A stretch of 64,000 bases of DNA, taken from positions 6,140,001 to 6,204,000 of the forward strand of contig NC_087246.1 in NCBI RefSeq assembly GCF_037042905.1, read 5' to 3'. The stretch comes from Lytechinus pictus. Its lineage: Eukaryota. This document shows, piece after piece, positions 40,648 to 51,065 of the stretch. Position 1 is the stretch's first letter, and each line of letters starts with the position of its first letter. Below the pieces are notes generated by a model, which worked only from the letters and a program-made list of their open reading frames with translations, did not search any database and was not told the origin of the DNA. A program made the position numbers and the translations under genes.

Positions 40648-43600
40648 CATCATCATCACCACCATCATCATCACCATCACCATCATCATCATTACCATCA
40701 TCATCATCATCATCACCACCATCATCACCATCATCATCATCACCATCATCACCATCATCATCATCACCATCATCATCATGATCACCACCATCATCATCAT
40801 CACCATCAACATCATCATCACCATCATCATCATCACCATCATCATCACCATCATCATCACCACCACCACCAACCACCACTGTGTTGTCAAAGACTAGTAC
40901 AATTCAAGGGATCTTGAATCATCCTTCTGAATGATATTATCACCTGCTTATGTATTAATGATAAGATCTTGAAATATATGATTTTTTGTTTATCATGCAG
41001 GTATTTTACAGGTCAGCAGTTGAAGGAGCTGTTTGTGCTTGATAATCCCAAGGTTTCAGAGACACAGAAACAGCTTGAAGCAATGCATTCCTCTCATAGG
41101 AAGACTGATACAGAACTGGATTCTCATATAGCGTTCTTGTTTTCTTCAGGTTGGTACATGCATCTGTAAAATCAGAATACATCAATAGTACATGGTAGAT
41201 ATAGGGATCAGTGAAATTTTGTTATAATTCTTTTAGTCAAATCATGACCTAAAACAACTACAATTAATGTCATCTAGTGTGTGGGAATCAGTGGCCATGA
41301 TCTAATGTTTATCACTGAAATGCAATCATGGTGCTTTCTTGTTTTGAGATATCATTATGATCAGTGAGTACATCCTAATGTGTGTAACTGAAATGATGTT
41401 ATTACTAGCTTTCAAATATCTAAGGGATCAGTGATCATCGTCCTATTTTGATAAACGAAATGTTTATTACTAGCTTTCATATATCTTCGGGATCAGTGAT
41501 CATCCAATTTTGTCATGTCATGTTATATCTTGCTTTAAAACATCTGTGGGATTAGTGACCATGATCTGATGTTATTCAGTGAAATGATGTCACTGTTATA
41601 TCTTACTTTTAAATATATTTTGGATTAGTGACCATGATCTGATGTTATTCAGTGAAATGATGTCATGTTATATCTTGCTTTCAGATATCTTTGGGATTAG
41701 TGATCATGATCTGATGTTCTCTCAGGAAGCACATGTGGAACCAAACCAGGAGTTTGAAGAAGAAGGAAACCAGTATGTTCAGCAAAGGGTATGTTTAGCA
41801 AAAAAAAAAAAGCATGCCATAACTGAACTTGATTATGTTATCCTATAAAATGAAATTCAGAATTCTAGTAGTTGGAAATTCAATGAAGTATTCCTGTCTG
41901 ATTTGTCTCTATTTTCTAGTTCATGTAGACAGTTTTAAAGCTCTCAGATTATCATAGCTTGGACTGTTCTGCCACAAGTTTGTTCTGATGTGAATGAATT
42001 GTAATTTTTATTGATACATGTAATTTCAGATCAACATTTGTATCTCAGATCAACATTTTTGTAAACAATACCTGACCAAATAATTTGAATATGATGATTG
42101 CATTTGTCTGTTAAATGTATTTGAGGAAGCTCCCCCTCCCTTCCTTCTCAATGCATTTAAAAAGGAAAATCAACCCTGATTTTATTTGAATAACCACATT
42201 TAATTTCATATATATATATACTGAACTTGATTTAGGTTCAAAGGGCACAGGAACTTGTTGCTCAAGAATCTGACTTGACCCGGAAGTTGAATGATCACAT
42301 CCGACGTGGCACAGAGGGGCCCGGTGGAGCCAAGAAACGCTACTCAATGAATGTCAATCGTGAAAGGCTGCAGAGTGAATGGGCAGAGAAGTCTGGGGAA
42401 GGGGTCATCAACCCACCTCTTCAAAATGTACCAAAATATTACAAACCAGGTTAGTTGTGTGTATTCGATCAATGGTATTTATTGAATCCCCATGTATTAT
42501 TGCAAGTGGATATAACTGAAATGCCTGTGAATTAAATGTTGTATTAAACATTATACATTCCAATGAGTCCAATTACAATTACGTGTAATACTTATATTTA
42601 TATGTGGAGCGTTGTGGCCCAGTGGATTAGTCTTCGGACTTTGAAACAGAGGGTCGTGGGTTCGAATCCCAGCCATGGCGTAATTTCCTTCAGCAAGAAA
42701 CTGATCCACAGTGTGCTGCACTCAACCCAGGTGAGGTAAATGGGTACCGGTAGGAAGTAATTCCTTAAAAAGCTGTGTGCGCTATGAACGCCTAGCTTAG
42801 CCGGGTAATATGGGAGCGCCTTGAGCACCTAACAAGGTGGATATGTGCGCAATATAAATATCCTATATTATTATTAATTATATTTGCAAGGCCATTTCCT
42901 TCCAAGAGTATGAGGAAGAAGAGATACATGTAAAGATAGTAGGTAGGAGATAAATGATAACAGAAAATGTAGAAGTTGTACTAGGTCAAAGAGGAATTAT
43001 TTTAAGGGGCTAATGTTTTATAGTCATTTGATGAGAAATTCTGTTAATCATTTGTTGTTCATGTTGTAACTTAATTAAATAATCATTTGGTTCTCTGATT
43101 GGTGAGGTAACATATAAGCTCCTTTCATACAATGAAAGTTGTCTTCCTTTTGCACTGATGAATGATTCAGAGAAGATTTCAATCATGATTTCCTTTTGTT
43201 CGTTACAGAGGATAGACAACCTTCAAGAGGGGTAGACACGGCTGTTGAGGATTTAGACCGCACCATGGAAGAGCTCTCCATCAATGATTCTAGATCTAGC
43301 TATGATGAAGAAGTGGAGGATTTAGCCCAACGTTCTCCTAGTTATCAGAGTAATGCATCCCAAGACATGGGAGGGATGGAGGAGGTTCTGATCATCGATG
43401 ACTCTCCTCTCGGAAGCGGAGATGAGGGGGGCATTGAAAGCCGACCTGGTAGTGTCTTTGTGGTAGATGATGACTCGAGACCTGGGAGTCGGTCGGAGGA
43501 TAGCTGCAGACCTGGCAGCACGGTAGAGGACAAGGCTTTCATAGGAGAATCTTACCTCCCAGAGGATAGCAGCCGTGGTCCTAGTAGGAATGATGATGAC

Positions 43601-46600
43601 AATATTATATATGATCAGGATGAAGAGATGGAAGATTACATTGATGATCACAGCAGTGGCGGTGAATCTCGAAGTAATGCTAAAGCACCAAGTACCAAGC
43701 AGGAGCTGTTATCAAGTGCCAATGAGAGTCTTGAATTGGTCGTTGGTATGACACCACCAAGAGGCCAAAATGGAGATTTCCAAGTTGGTTCCAGGGAGTC
43801 TAGCAGAGGTACAACTTCCTTTTATACAGGCGAACCACATGGTGGTATGGTAGATGATAGTGGATCACTGAGAAGCAGGAATGAGGAATCTAAGCAATTG
43901 ATGCCATCTGATACTGACAGTTATGGGATGATGGAGGTGAGTAGCGGACAGCCATCTGATCTACCACACTTCAATGCCACCAGGAAACTGTCCCTTGAAG
44001 AGTCAAGATCTTTGACGTGTAGTCAGATGACACGAGATGAGGAAGCAGACTTCAAAGCAAATACAATTGATTGGGAGAATGGCAGGTGTTCTTCACAGGA
44101 TATGAGATGCAGAGAAGGGATGACAGACCAGGATATGAGTGCGAGTGGAGTAGATGATGTTGGACTAGATAGTGAGGATGATGAAGAAGATGGTAGTTAT
44201 GGAGAAGTGGTGGAGGTGTCTGTCGCAAGTTTTTGTTGTCAGGCTGATGGGGATGTCCGTCAAGACATGGATGTTAGCAACACCGTTGAACCCAGAGAAC
44301 AAATGCACATGATTGAAGATCAAAGAGATGATGAGGTCAGTGAGAGCTCTGTGAGAAGAAGCCCACATCCAGATCTTCAATCAGATGAAGTTGAAGAGGA
44401 AAATAGTTATGAAGATGTATCCATGGCCAGCTTCTCGGTGCAAACTGATGATGTTGACAACCTAAAAGAAGTGCAATCAACAAATCTGGACGATAAATCC
44501 AGTTCACATTATTCCCACAGCTCAGTACTGAAAGACCAACAATCTCTCCAAAAGGAACTATTCACTAAAGATCTATCCAGTATCAATGTTAGCTCAGCAA
44601 GGGAAGGACCTCCAGAAGGCATTGACCTGGATGCAACATCTAGGTTCCTAGGACTCACATCAGAGGAGAGCCCATTCCTTAAAACATCATCACCTGTTAG
44701 CAAGGCCCGTCATGTCCAGAGGATAGTATCGGATGAGGAGGAGGAAGATGATGGGTCAGTTTTTGAAAGGGACACTAGTAATGGAGGCAGGGTTGGACTC
44801 CTTGATGATGAAGGTGTGTATGGAGGGGTAAATAAAGACAATGAACCAAGAGATATACAACTCAGCACCAAAAGGAAGAAACCATCAAGTGTTCTGGTGG
44901 ATGATAGCGATGATGAAGAGATAATAGGTAGATCAAGTAGAAGCACCAAATCTTCTTTGGATACTGAACAAAGTGCAGTTATGCAAGGTAAGGTGTTCTC
45001 AAATGAAAGAAAAAATAAATTCAGAGCTTAAAGGAATAATGGCAACCAGGCAGGTGTATCACAAATATTTAACTATGACTTACAGTCGCACTTAAATGCC
45101 TATGCATATATGATATGCAACGGGCAGTCTTATTGATTAATATGCAGGATTGCGCGTCCTCTTAGCATGATCTGACCAATGCGGTCATGCCTTTTATACC
45201 GCACGCAACTCGGCATTTAAGTGCGACTCTAAGTCATACTTAAATCTTTGTGAAACACCCCCCTGGTTCCAACTGGCCATGGATTAATTTGACGCAATCC
45301 GTTCTTAGGGAAATCCAATTCCAGGTTCGAAATACTATCAAAAGAATTCCATTCATGATACCAAAATTAGTAAGTGCTTACATGTATATTGCAGTTGTCC
45401 CCTGTACCAATTAACTTCTCTACAATACATGGGCCCTCTGCACCACCTCTTGGGCTTAGGCATACCGGTATTCAAATGAGATTTCTTTAAAGGGATGGTC
45501 CGGGCTGAAAATATTTATATCTTAATACATAGAGTAGAATTCACTGACCAAAATGCAGAAAATTTCATCAAAATCGGATAACAAATAATAAAGTTATTGA
45601 AGTTTAAAGTTTAGCAATATTTTGTGAAAACAGTCGTCATGAATATTCATTAGGTGGGCTGATGATGTTACATCCCCACTTTCTGTTTTCTTATGTTATT
45701 ACATAAAATCATAATTTTTTCATTATTTCATACTTGTGTGAATAATATGACTCCCTTATAATGAAATAAGTTGCAGCAATAAATATCTAATGCACTAAAT
45801 CAGTTGTCAATCCATTTTTTCTAGTTCTTTGAGGAAAAAATTTGAATTAACCTTATTATTTCATATAATAAAATACAAAAGAACAAGTGGGAATGTGACA
45901 TGATCAACCCACCTAATGAATATTCATGACGACTGTTTAAAAAAAAATATTGCTAAACTTTAAAATTCAATAACTTTGTTATCTGTTATCCGATTTTGAT
46001 GAAATTTTCAGCATTTTGCTCAGTGAATTCTACTCTATTTATTAAGCTATAAATACTTTCAGCCCGGACCATCCCTTTAAGTAATCATTTGTGTTCATTC
46101 AACCATTAGTATGTCATTTAAACTCTTATATCATCACAGAATAATCAATGTTTATAATGAGAGACAATCTGATTATATTTTGAAGTTAAAGGTCAGAGTT
46201 CACAGAAGTACATGTGATTATTTGAAACATAAAGTTAGGTGTGTATTATTTCAATGATCAAGCAATTGCAGAGTTATAAATTTTGACTATGTAGTCAAAA
46301 ATCCATCAATTTTTCCCCTTTTAATCTTTCAAACTACAGAGAGTATGAGTGAGTTCATTGTGGGTGATTCTGATGAAGAGCAGCAGTTTGAAGAACCACT
46401 GGGTAAGACAATTTCACCCCATTTAAATAACTGTTTAATGAATATGTATATATGTTTATTCTTCATAGCTGATGATCATCTTCTTTACCTGTAACAATTT
46501 GAGGGACAGATATGGTTTGGAAGACTCTTACAGTTACCAGTGCGATTGAGCAAACTTAAATAAAGGGAAAGTTATTAAAAAAACTACAGATAATGTGTAA

Positions 46601-48198
46601 TCATATGCTGTTCAAAGTCTTAGTATATTGAAACAAGTAACTTGTAAGGTTATTTGTGCCCGGGACATTAAGACAGAAGTATGTGGGTGTGGGTGGTTCT
46701 GTCCCTAGCATCACCCCCCCCCCCCTTGTTCTTGGAAATAGCTTGCCTGTTGACTCGTGTAAGTTCAGTGTTTTTTACAAAGATTTTCCTCATGTGAAAC
46801 ATTGCTGAAATATACTTGGTGAATGATTTTAAAAAAAAAAATTTAAGAAGACTTAGACCAAATTCGTCACACTTTCTTCAAGATAGTCTACATCTGTTAC
46901 ATTTAACAGTAATGACTCTGACGTTTGAGAGTTGATTTTTTTCAACCAAGACTGTCATCTCATTTTGACTTTCAACAAAATGATACAAATGATTTTCTCC
47001 TCTTTTTTTTTATCCAGACAAAGATGATGTTGTTGATGAGAGTCTGCTGGATGAATCAGAGGATTCATCAGCCTCAGAAGTAGAAGAAGAAATAGCTGGA
47101 AGAAAACGAAGGAAAAAACATGTTATAATCAGTGATGATGAAGAAGAGGAGGAGAAGGAGGAGGATGGTGAAAATGATCCCTGCATCAGTAAAACAGATG
47201 AACAGTACAATAAAGCAATGAAGAAAATTGACTTTATTGCAATGGAAGCTGAGGAAGGGAGATCAACTCATGATACTGGTAGAATATCAGATGAAGAAAG
47301 AGATGGAGAAGATAAAGAACTAGATGATGAAGATGATGATGAGGAGGAAAATGAAGTACTGAAGGAAGATGAAATGGTGGATGAGGAGGAACAAGAGGAT
47401 AGTTATGAAGATAGTGTAGAAGACGAGGAGGAGGAGGATGAAGCAGAGGAAAACACAGATGAAGAAGAGGAGGAAGAAGAGAGTGATGGAAGCAGGAGTG
47501 AAGACGAATCAGACATGGAGATGAGAGCAAAGTACAAAGCTCTTGTCAAGAAGGGAATGTGAGTATATTAATCTCTGTTATATATACTACATGTCTCTTT
47601 AGGAGTGGTCACACATGCCAACATATTTTCCCCATTCATCATCACAGTAATAGAACTTTTGTATTTCACTGATTACTTCAGCACGTAGAGTCATTGTTCG
47701 TTATCGATTGTTTTGAAGATGAGCAGGATTAAACTGCATTACCTTTCATTTTTTAATTTCCATTTATTCTATTATTTTTTAATTGTACGGAATGATAGTT
47801 AAATCATTTTTACTTAACAATAACCTTGGTAGAGCAGGATTTACATAGTTTATATAACTGATAGTACAATAACACACATTTACATAAGGGCATTTTGAAA
47901 GGAAACCTTGATTTTTATTCCAAAATTTGTGTTTTAAGAGAAGTATACACATTGCTTTATCGTTTTGTTAAATCATTCCATATTTGGATTACAATTTTTT
48001 TTTTCTCATGTCTTTATTTCTCATCAATTTAATTTGCTTGTCTGTTTGTTTGTCTCCTTTCCCATCAGGTCAAAAGTATCCGAGGGTGATAACAAGGGTG
48101 CACTACGTGCGTTCCTCCAAGCACTCTATATTGATGGTAGCAGTGAAAAACTTCAGCTCATAGCCCTCAAACTCAAGAAGAAACTAGAAAACCAATGA
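16044..48198 (+). CDS. ERCC6L: ERCC6L/PICH SNF2-family DNA translocase, full gene with 20 coding exons: 16044-16074, 17585-17772, 18132-18319, 18741-18866, 19194-19359, 19986-20111, 21176-21268, 22229-22419, 22973-23084, 23722-23843, 24293-24500, 26869-27031, 27270-27459, 41001-41149, 41685-41788, 42236-42449, 43209-44987, 46340-46402, 47018-47558, 48069-48198 (about 1627 aa)
   Basis: All junctions are GT/AG and phases match; the total of 4884 nt is divisible by 3. Features: N-terminal TPR-like helix pair; SNF2 motifs [75 protein letters not shown]-like segments ([20 protein letters not shown]); acidic tail; C-terminal TPR. Confidence 0.92.
16501..17093. mobile_element. TTAA-flanked Kolobok-like MITE, family B, nested in an older MITE (about 16348-17119)
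   Basis: TTAA|AGGACAAGTCCACCCC...GGGGTGGACTTGACCT|TTAA; host termini cttcataaagctgttt / aaacagttttatgaag. Confidence 0.85.
17585..17772 (+). CDS. ERCC6L: ERCC6L exon, N-terminal TPR-like region
   Basis: cag|...|gtatag; [41 protein letters not shown]. Confidence 0.85.
18132..18319 (+). CDS. ERCC6L: ERCC6L exon, Q motif and start of motif I
   Basis: [13 protein letters not shown]...[10 protein letters not shown]; tag|...|gtgagt. Confidence 0.92.
18741..18866 (+). CDS. ERCC6L: ERCC6L exon, motif I/Ia
   Basis: [11 protein letters not shown]...[16 protein letters not shown]; cag|...|gtaag. Confidence 0.93.
19194..19359 (+). CDS. ERCC6L: ERCC6L exon
   Basis: [18 protein letters not shown]...VLMVSYG; cag|...|gtaagt. 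Confidence 0.92.
19986..20111 (+). CDS. ERCC6L: ERCC6L exon, motifs II/III (absent from the ORF track)
   Basis: [14 protein letters not shown]...[11 protein letters not shown]; cag|...|gtaagt. Confidence 0.93.
21176..21268 (+). CDS. ERCC6L: ERCC6L exon
   Basis: [31 protein letters not shown]; cag|...|gtgag. Confidence 0.92.
21519..22099. mobile_element. Tc1/pogo-like non-autonomous element (left end degraded)
   Basis: Right end GTCCGGAAGAGAGAGGTTGGACTG|TA; left remnant CTCTCTATTATCCGGAC. Confidence 0.5.
22229..22419 (+). CDS. ERCC6L: ERCC6L exon
   Basis: [11 protein letters not shown]...[13 protein letters not shown]; tag|...|gttagt. Confidence 0.9.
22973..23084 (+). CDS. ERCC6L: ERCC6L exon
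   Basis: [26 protein letters not shown]; cag|...|gtatgt. Confidence 0.9.
23175..23620. repeat. Degenerate (GAT/GGT)n microsatellite
   Basis: Trinucleotide repeat; a similar tract lies at about 19740-19950. Confidence 0.9.
23722..23843 (+). CDS. ERCC6L: ERCC6L exon
   Basis: [19 protein letters not shown]; tag|...|gtaag. Confidence 0.92.
24293..24500 (+). CDS. ERCC6L: ERCC6L exon, helicase C-lobe motif IV
   Basis: [12 protein letters not shown]...[15 protein letters not shown]. Uses the second of two identical acceptors. Confidence 0.88.
24605..25086. mobile_element. TTAA-flanked Kolobok-like MITE, family C
   Basis: TTAA|GGGGAGGTTCACCCTGA...TCAGGATGTACTTCCCCT|TTAA; fragments at about 10565-10632 and 51985-52100. 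Confidence 0.75.
25091..25868. mobile_element. piggyBac-type MITE
   Basis: TTAA|CCCTAAATCTCCCGGGG...CCCCGGGAGAATTAGAG|TTAA, with subterminal GGGGGCCATTATGGCCCCC palindromes at both ends. Confidence 0.8.
26869..27031 (+). CDS. ERCC6L: ERCC6L exon, motif V
   Basis: RLDGT...[22 protein letters not shown]; cag|...|gtgagt. Confidence 0.94.
27270..27459 (+). CDS. ERCC6L: ERCC6L exon, motif VI
   Basis: [21 protein letters not shown]...[13 protein letters not shown]; cag|...|gtgagt. Confidence 0.94.
28176..30997. mobile_element. ~2.8-kb non-autonomous TIR DNA element with about 11 GGTCGGACGTACA motifs
   Basis: Termini GGGGTCATTCCATAAA / TTTATGGAACAGCCCT. The motif occurs in both orientations, clustered towards both ends. 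No transposase ORF. Confidence 0.65.
32744..32916 (-). CDS. TIMP exon 3
   Basis: Acceptor ttccacaacgcag; [16 protein letters not shown]...NFQCDEK...NEQ, ending in tandem TAG TAG. Confidence 0.8.
32744..37600 (-). CDS. Single-domain tissue inhibitor of metalloproteinases (TIMP/NTR fold), 173 aa, nested antisense in the ERCC6L intron; exons 37600-37492, 35345-35106, 32916-32744
   Basis: Signal peptide [18 protein letters not shown], then mature CSC...[39 protein letters not shown] and FQCD. The six Cys fit the N-TIMP pattern. Two phase-1 GT/AG introns, 522-nt CDS. Confidence 0.87.
33851..35014. mobile_element. Two family-B MITEs in inverted orientation sharing one TTAA (33851-34417 and 34422-35014)
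   Basis: ...GGTGGACTTGACCT|TTAA|AGGGCAAGTCCACCCC..., outer TTAA at 33847 and 35015; a truncated copy lies at about 31571-31870. Confidence 0.85.
35106..35345 (-). CDS. TIMP exon 2
   Basis: Acceptor ttttcatctccccag; [10 protein letters not shown]...[22 protein letters not shown]; donor gtaagt. Confidence 0.9.
36172..36303. repeat. Small foldback element
   Basis: TACACCCTGCTTGT...GTTCTGGTTC / GAACCAGAAC...ACAAGCAGGGTGTA. Confidence 0.65.
36634..36905. mobile_element. MITE
   Basis: TIR GGGGCCCCGTCTTACAAAGAGTTA / TAACTCTTTGCAAGACGGTGCCC. Confidence 0.7.
37005..37487. repeat. ~31-bp minisatellite (about 15 units) abutting the TIMP exon 1 donor
   Basis: Unit TTATATAGTGAGAAATGATAGATGACTTACT. Confidence 0.9.
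37492..37600 (-). CDS. TIMP exon 1 (signal peptide and CXC N-terminus)
   Basis: [36 protein letters not shown]; donor G|gtacgg. Confidence 0.85.
40310..40880. repeat. (CAT/CAC)n microsatellite with an internal duplication
   Basis: Trinucleotide repeat that generates spurious ORFs in several frames. Confidence 0.95.
41001..41149 (+). CDS. ERCC6L: ERCC6L exon after the 13.5-kb intron
   Basis: [25 protein letters not shown]; its phase 2 matches the donor at 27460. Confidence 0.9.
41190..41720 (+). repeat. Degenerate ~70-75-bp tandem repeat derived from an ERCC6L acceptor/exon junction
   Basis: Repeated ...TATCTTGCTTT..ATATCT.TGGGATTAGTGA.CATGATCTGATGTT; the last unit contains the real exon start. 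Confidence 0.8.
41685..41788 (+). CDS. ERCC6L: ERCC6L exon
   Basis: [14 protein letters not shown]; cag|...|gtatgt. Confidence 0.88.
42236..42449 (+). CDS. ERCC6L: ERCC6L exon
   Basis: [12 protein letters not shown]...; tag|...|gttagt, phases consistent. Confidence 0.85.
42606..42875 (+). mobile_element. tRNA-derived SINE
   Basis: A box TGGCCCAGTGG, B box GGTTCGAATCC, core CTCAACCCAGGTGAGGTAAATGGGTACC, (TAT)n tail. Confidence 0.85.
43209..44987 (+). CDS. ERCC6L: ERCC6L large acidic/disordered exon (593 codons)
   Basis: Long open frame bounded by cag| at 43208 and |gtaag at 44988, phase 1-1. Confidence 0.85.
45053..45261. mobile_element. MITE with ~50-bp TIRs
   Basis: GGTGTATCACAAA...GTCGCACTTAAATGCC / GGCATTTAAGTGCGAC...TTTGTGAAACACC. 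Confidence 0.75.
45491..46076. mobile_element. Kolobok-like MITE family A (inverted relative to the 9580 copy)
   Basis: TTAA|AGGGATGGTCCGGGCTGAAA...CCCGGACCATCCCT|TTAA. Confidence 0.87.
46340..46402 (+). CDS. ERCC6L: ERCC6L small exon
   Basis: [20 protein letters not shown]; cag|...|gtaag, symmetric phase 1-1. Confidence 0.75.
47018..47558 (+). CDS. ERCC6L: ERCC6L acidic exon leading into the C-terminal TPR
   Basis: Poly-E/D frame ending YKALVKKG; cag|...|gtgagt. Confidence 0.85.
48069..48198 (+). CDS. ERCC6L: ERCC6L last coding exon, C-terminal TPR
   Basis: [31 protein letters not shown]...TGA. AATAAA candidates at 49131, 49264 and 49677. Confidence 0.88.
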
Positions 48199-50478
48199 GA
48201 TATTACCCAACTGAGATAACAAGGGTGTCGTACATGCCTTCCTCCAAGCACTTTATATTGATGGTAGCAGTGAAAAACTTTAGCTCATAGCCAAATCCAA
48301 CAAGAAACTAGAAAACCACATGGGTGTTTAACCCATAGAACTCTGGATTAATTCACTGAAGTGTCATAAATGCATGTATGCCCAGAGTGGAAACCTGGTA
48401 TTCTCAAATGAGGTTTCAATTGTACCATGGTAGAAAACCATGATGTATGCAGATTTCACATATTATCGCACTTCAATTAGGCACCCTTTGCCAAAAGTGC
48501 ACATTCATAATTGGATCTTTCTTAGCATATGCTGTGAAATGAGCATACCTAATTATGTACAAAAATCTGCATAGTCCAAGGTTTTGTAAAATTAGAAAAG
48601 GGCCCTGGAAAAAAAAACCATTCACTGCAATTTTAAAGCTGATCAAATAATCCAGACTTAGTCTGTAGGTTGTGAAAGTAACCATCGAAAGTGATAATAT
48701 TTTGCCTGCATCAGTGAGATAATTTCAAATACATTTATTCATCCAGGTTTGTTGGATTAATTGGTGTACCATATTAATGGTGAAATGCACAAATGTAAGG
48801 TAGCTATATAGCAAATACCATTTACCTATCGTCGTGGAATATTACAAGTGGAAATTAATCAGGTGTTTAATGTTTAATATATGCTTTATAAGAAAGAGTT
48901 TGTGTAGTTTACAGAATTTCATTATATACTGTAGGTATAGCTTCATAGTTTTGGCAAAAATTATGCACAGTGAACTTGAGCTGAAAATTATATGCTGATT
49001 AGAATAGCACAGTTTGATCCCAAGCAAGTAATTGGTAAATAATTAAGTTTTGTACTCTTTCTTTCTTTATGGATTTATTTATATTTTTTCAAGGGGGTGG
49101 GGTAAGGTATTATTGACATGGGATTGAAGAAATAAAGAATACTTTAAATACAGTGGTGCTAAAAAGAAATTGAACCCCAATAGAAATTGAACATATTTAA
49201 AAGTGTTCAAATTCTGCCATTTTTTAGATATTTAATTGTGAAGCCAGGTGATATATTACATTCAATAAAGTTTGTTTCTATGGACTCTCTGGACATTGTA
49301 GTGTTGTTGTTGTTTACGTTCAACACTCAGCACGAAGGAGTGCATTTTCTGGTGGGGTTCACTGACTTTTTAACACCACTGTAAGATTCTCAGTTATTGA
49401 CGATGGTGGCACCAAGATGTTTTATTAGGAGGTGAGCTAGCCATATCTGAATTCATTAACATTTTAAAAAGAAAAAAGGTGATAACTTCCATGAGCCATC
49501 CCTCTTGTTTTCATACGCCTCTTCCCCCACCTTTTATTCTCTCCTTCGTTTGTTCCCCCTCTTTTAAGTTTTTTTGTCATCACGTGCAAATCACAGGATT
49601 GTTGCCAAAGATTCATTGATGAATGAATGATATTGGTATCGGAAAATAATCATGAACGAGTAACTTTGCACAGTTTAATAAAAAATGCAATATTAAAGGC
49701 TAATGTTTTTTTTTGTTATTTCGTGATGTATTTGATTTTTCTCTTTTTCTGCAATGAAATAGATACCATAAGCTCTGCCGCCTATGCTGACATAAAGAAA
49801 TAAGTAACAAAAGTATAATTTCCTGTAAGAGAGCAAAATGTGTCCATGATTTACATATACAGCAATGCATAAGAATGATGGTAAACCAGCCATATCAAAG
49901 ACGAAAAGCAGGATCACTGTTTTCTGTGAAATTTTGCTTGGAAGAAGAAATCAATTTTGTAAGATCTTAAAACTCAGTTTCTGTTATGTCCCTTTCTTCC
50001 TAAATTAATCAAATTAGTGCAGTATGCCTGAGCATAGCTCAAATGAAAGCTCAAGTTGAAGCAATTTATTTGTCCAAAGTGCTAAAAGTTGAAAAATTTA
50101 CTTCTTATGATGGATCTTCAACTTGGCAATGTTTCTTCTAAATGTCAGGCATAGCAGTACATCTCTCAAATTGATCTCAATAGATGCTGCTTGTCTTTTG
50201 TGAGCTCAACCTACAGTACATGCACGCAGTGTCAAATGCAGATACATTTTCTCATGATGCGCATAGAGTTAGGAAGGAGACAAGCTGCACCTGAGAAATA
50301 ATTGGGAAAATACAAAGAATTTGTACAAACTATATTGGGAGTTGCAGGAACCTGTCATTATGTTGCAACATTGCCAATTTGAAGCTCATCATTGAAAGCA
50401 CATTCAGACTTTACTTTGTAATTGATTTTCATGGGAATAAAAGAAAAAGATTGCTCCTCCTATTTCTGTTTTCATTAA

Positions 50479-51065
50479 AAGGATACACCGGGCTGGGAAT
50501 ATTTATATCTAAATAAATAGAGTAAAATTCGCAGAGCAAAATGCTGAAAATTTCATCAAAATCGGATAACAAATAACAAAGTTATTGAATTTTAAAAACT
50601 TGCATTATTCTGGTGAAACATGTCTTCATGAATATTCATTAGGTGGTCTGATGATATCACATTCCCACTTTTTCTTTTCTTTTGTTATTACATGAAATCA
50701 TAATTGTTTCAGTTTTTCATAAATGTGTAAATGATGTGTCTCCATAATGATGAAATAAGTTGCAGCAATACATTAATAATGCACTTAATCAGTTGTCAAT
50801 CCATAGTTTTTTGTTCTTGGTAGAAAATTTTTGAATAAACCTAATTTCATATAATAAAATAAAAAATGGGGATATGACATCATCAGCCCACCTAATTAAT
50901 ATTCATGAAGACATGACGAGAACTGTTTCACCGGAATAATGCAAATCTTTAAAATTCAATAACTTCATCATTTGTTATCCGATTTTGTTCAAATTTTCAG
51001 CATTTTGCTCTGTGAATATTACTCTATCTATTTAGATATACATACCTTCAGCCTGGAGCATCCCT
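50479..51065. mobile_element. Diverged Kolobok-like MITE family A
   Basis: Same internal sequence, degraded TIRs, TTAA at both ends. Confidence 0.75.

Noticed and set aside
40058..40890. ORFs of poly-M/D/H/S
   Set aside because: Frame artefacts of a (CAT)n microsatellite; the same applies to 23308-23637 and 19583-19900.
27460..41000. Synapsin exons flanking the TIMP
   Set aside because: No synapsin-like coding sequence recognised; the flanking exons are contiguous ERCC6L sequence ([16 protein letters not shown]).
42606..42680. tRNA gene (also 7665-7740 on minus)
   Set aside because: A/B boxes are present but the acceptor stem is poor, and the sequence continues into a SINE body and tail.
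43196..45031. Stand-alone 611-aa gene
   Set aside because: Starts at an intronic TTG and is bounded by phase-compatible splice sites; it is an internal ERCC6L exon.
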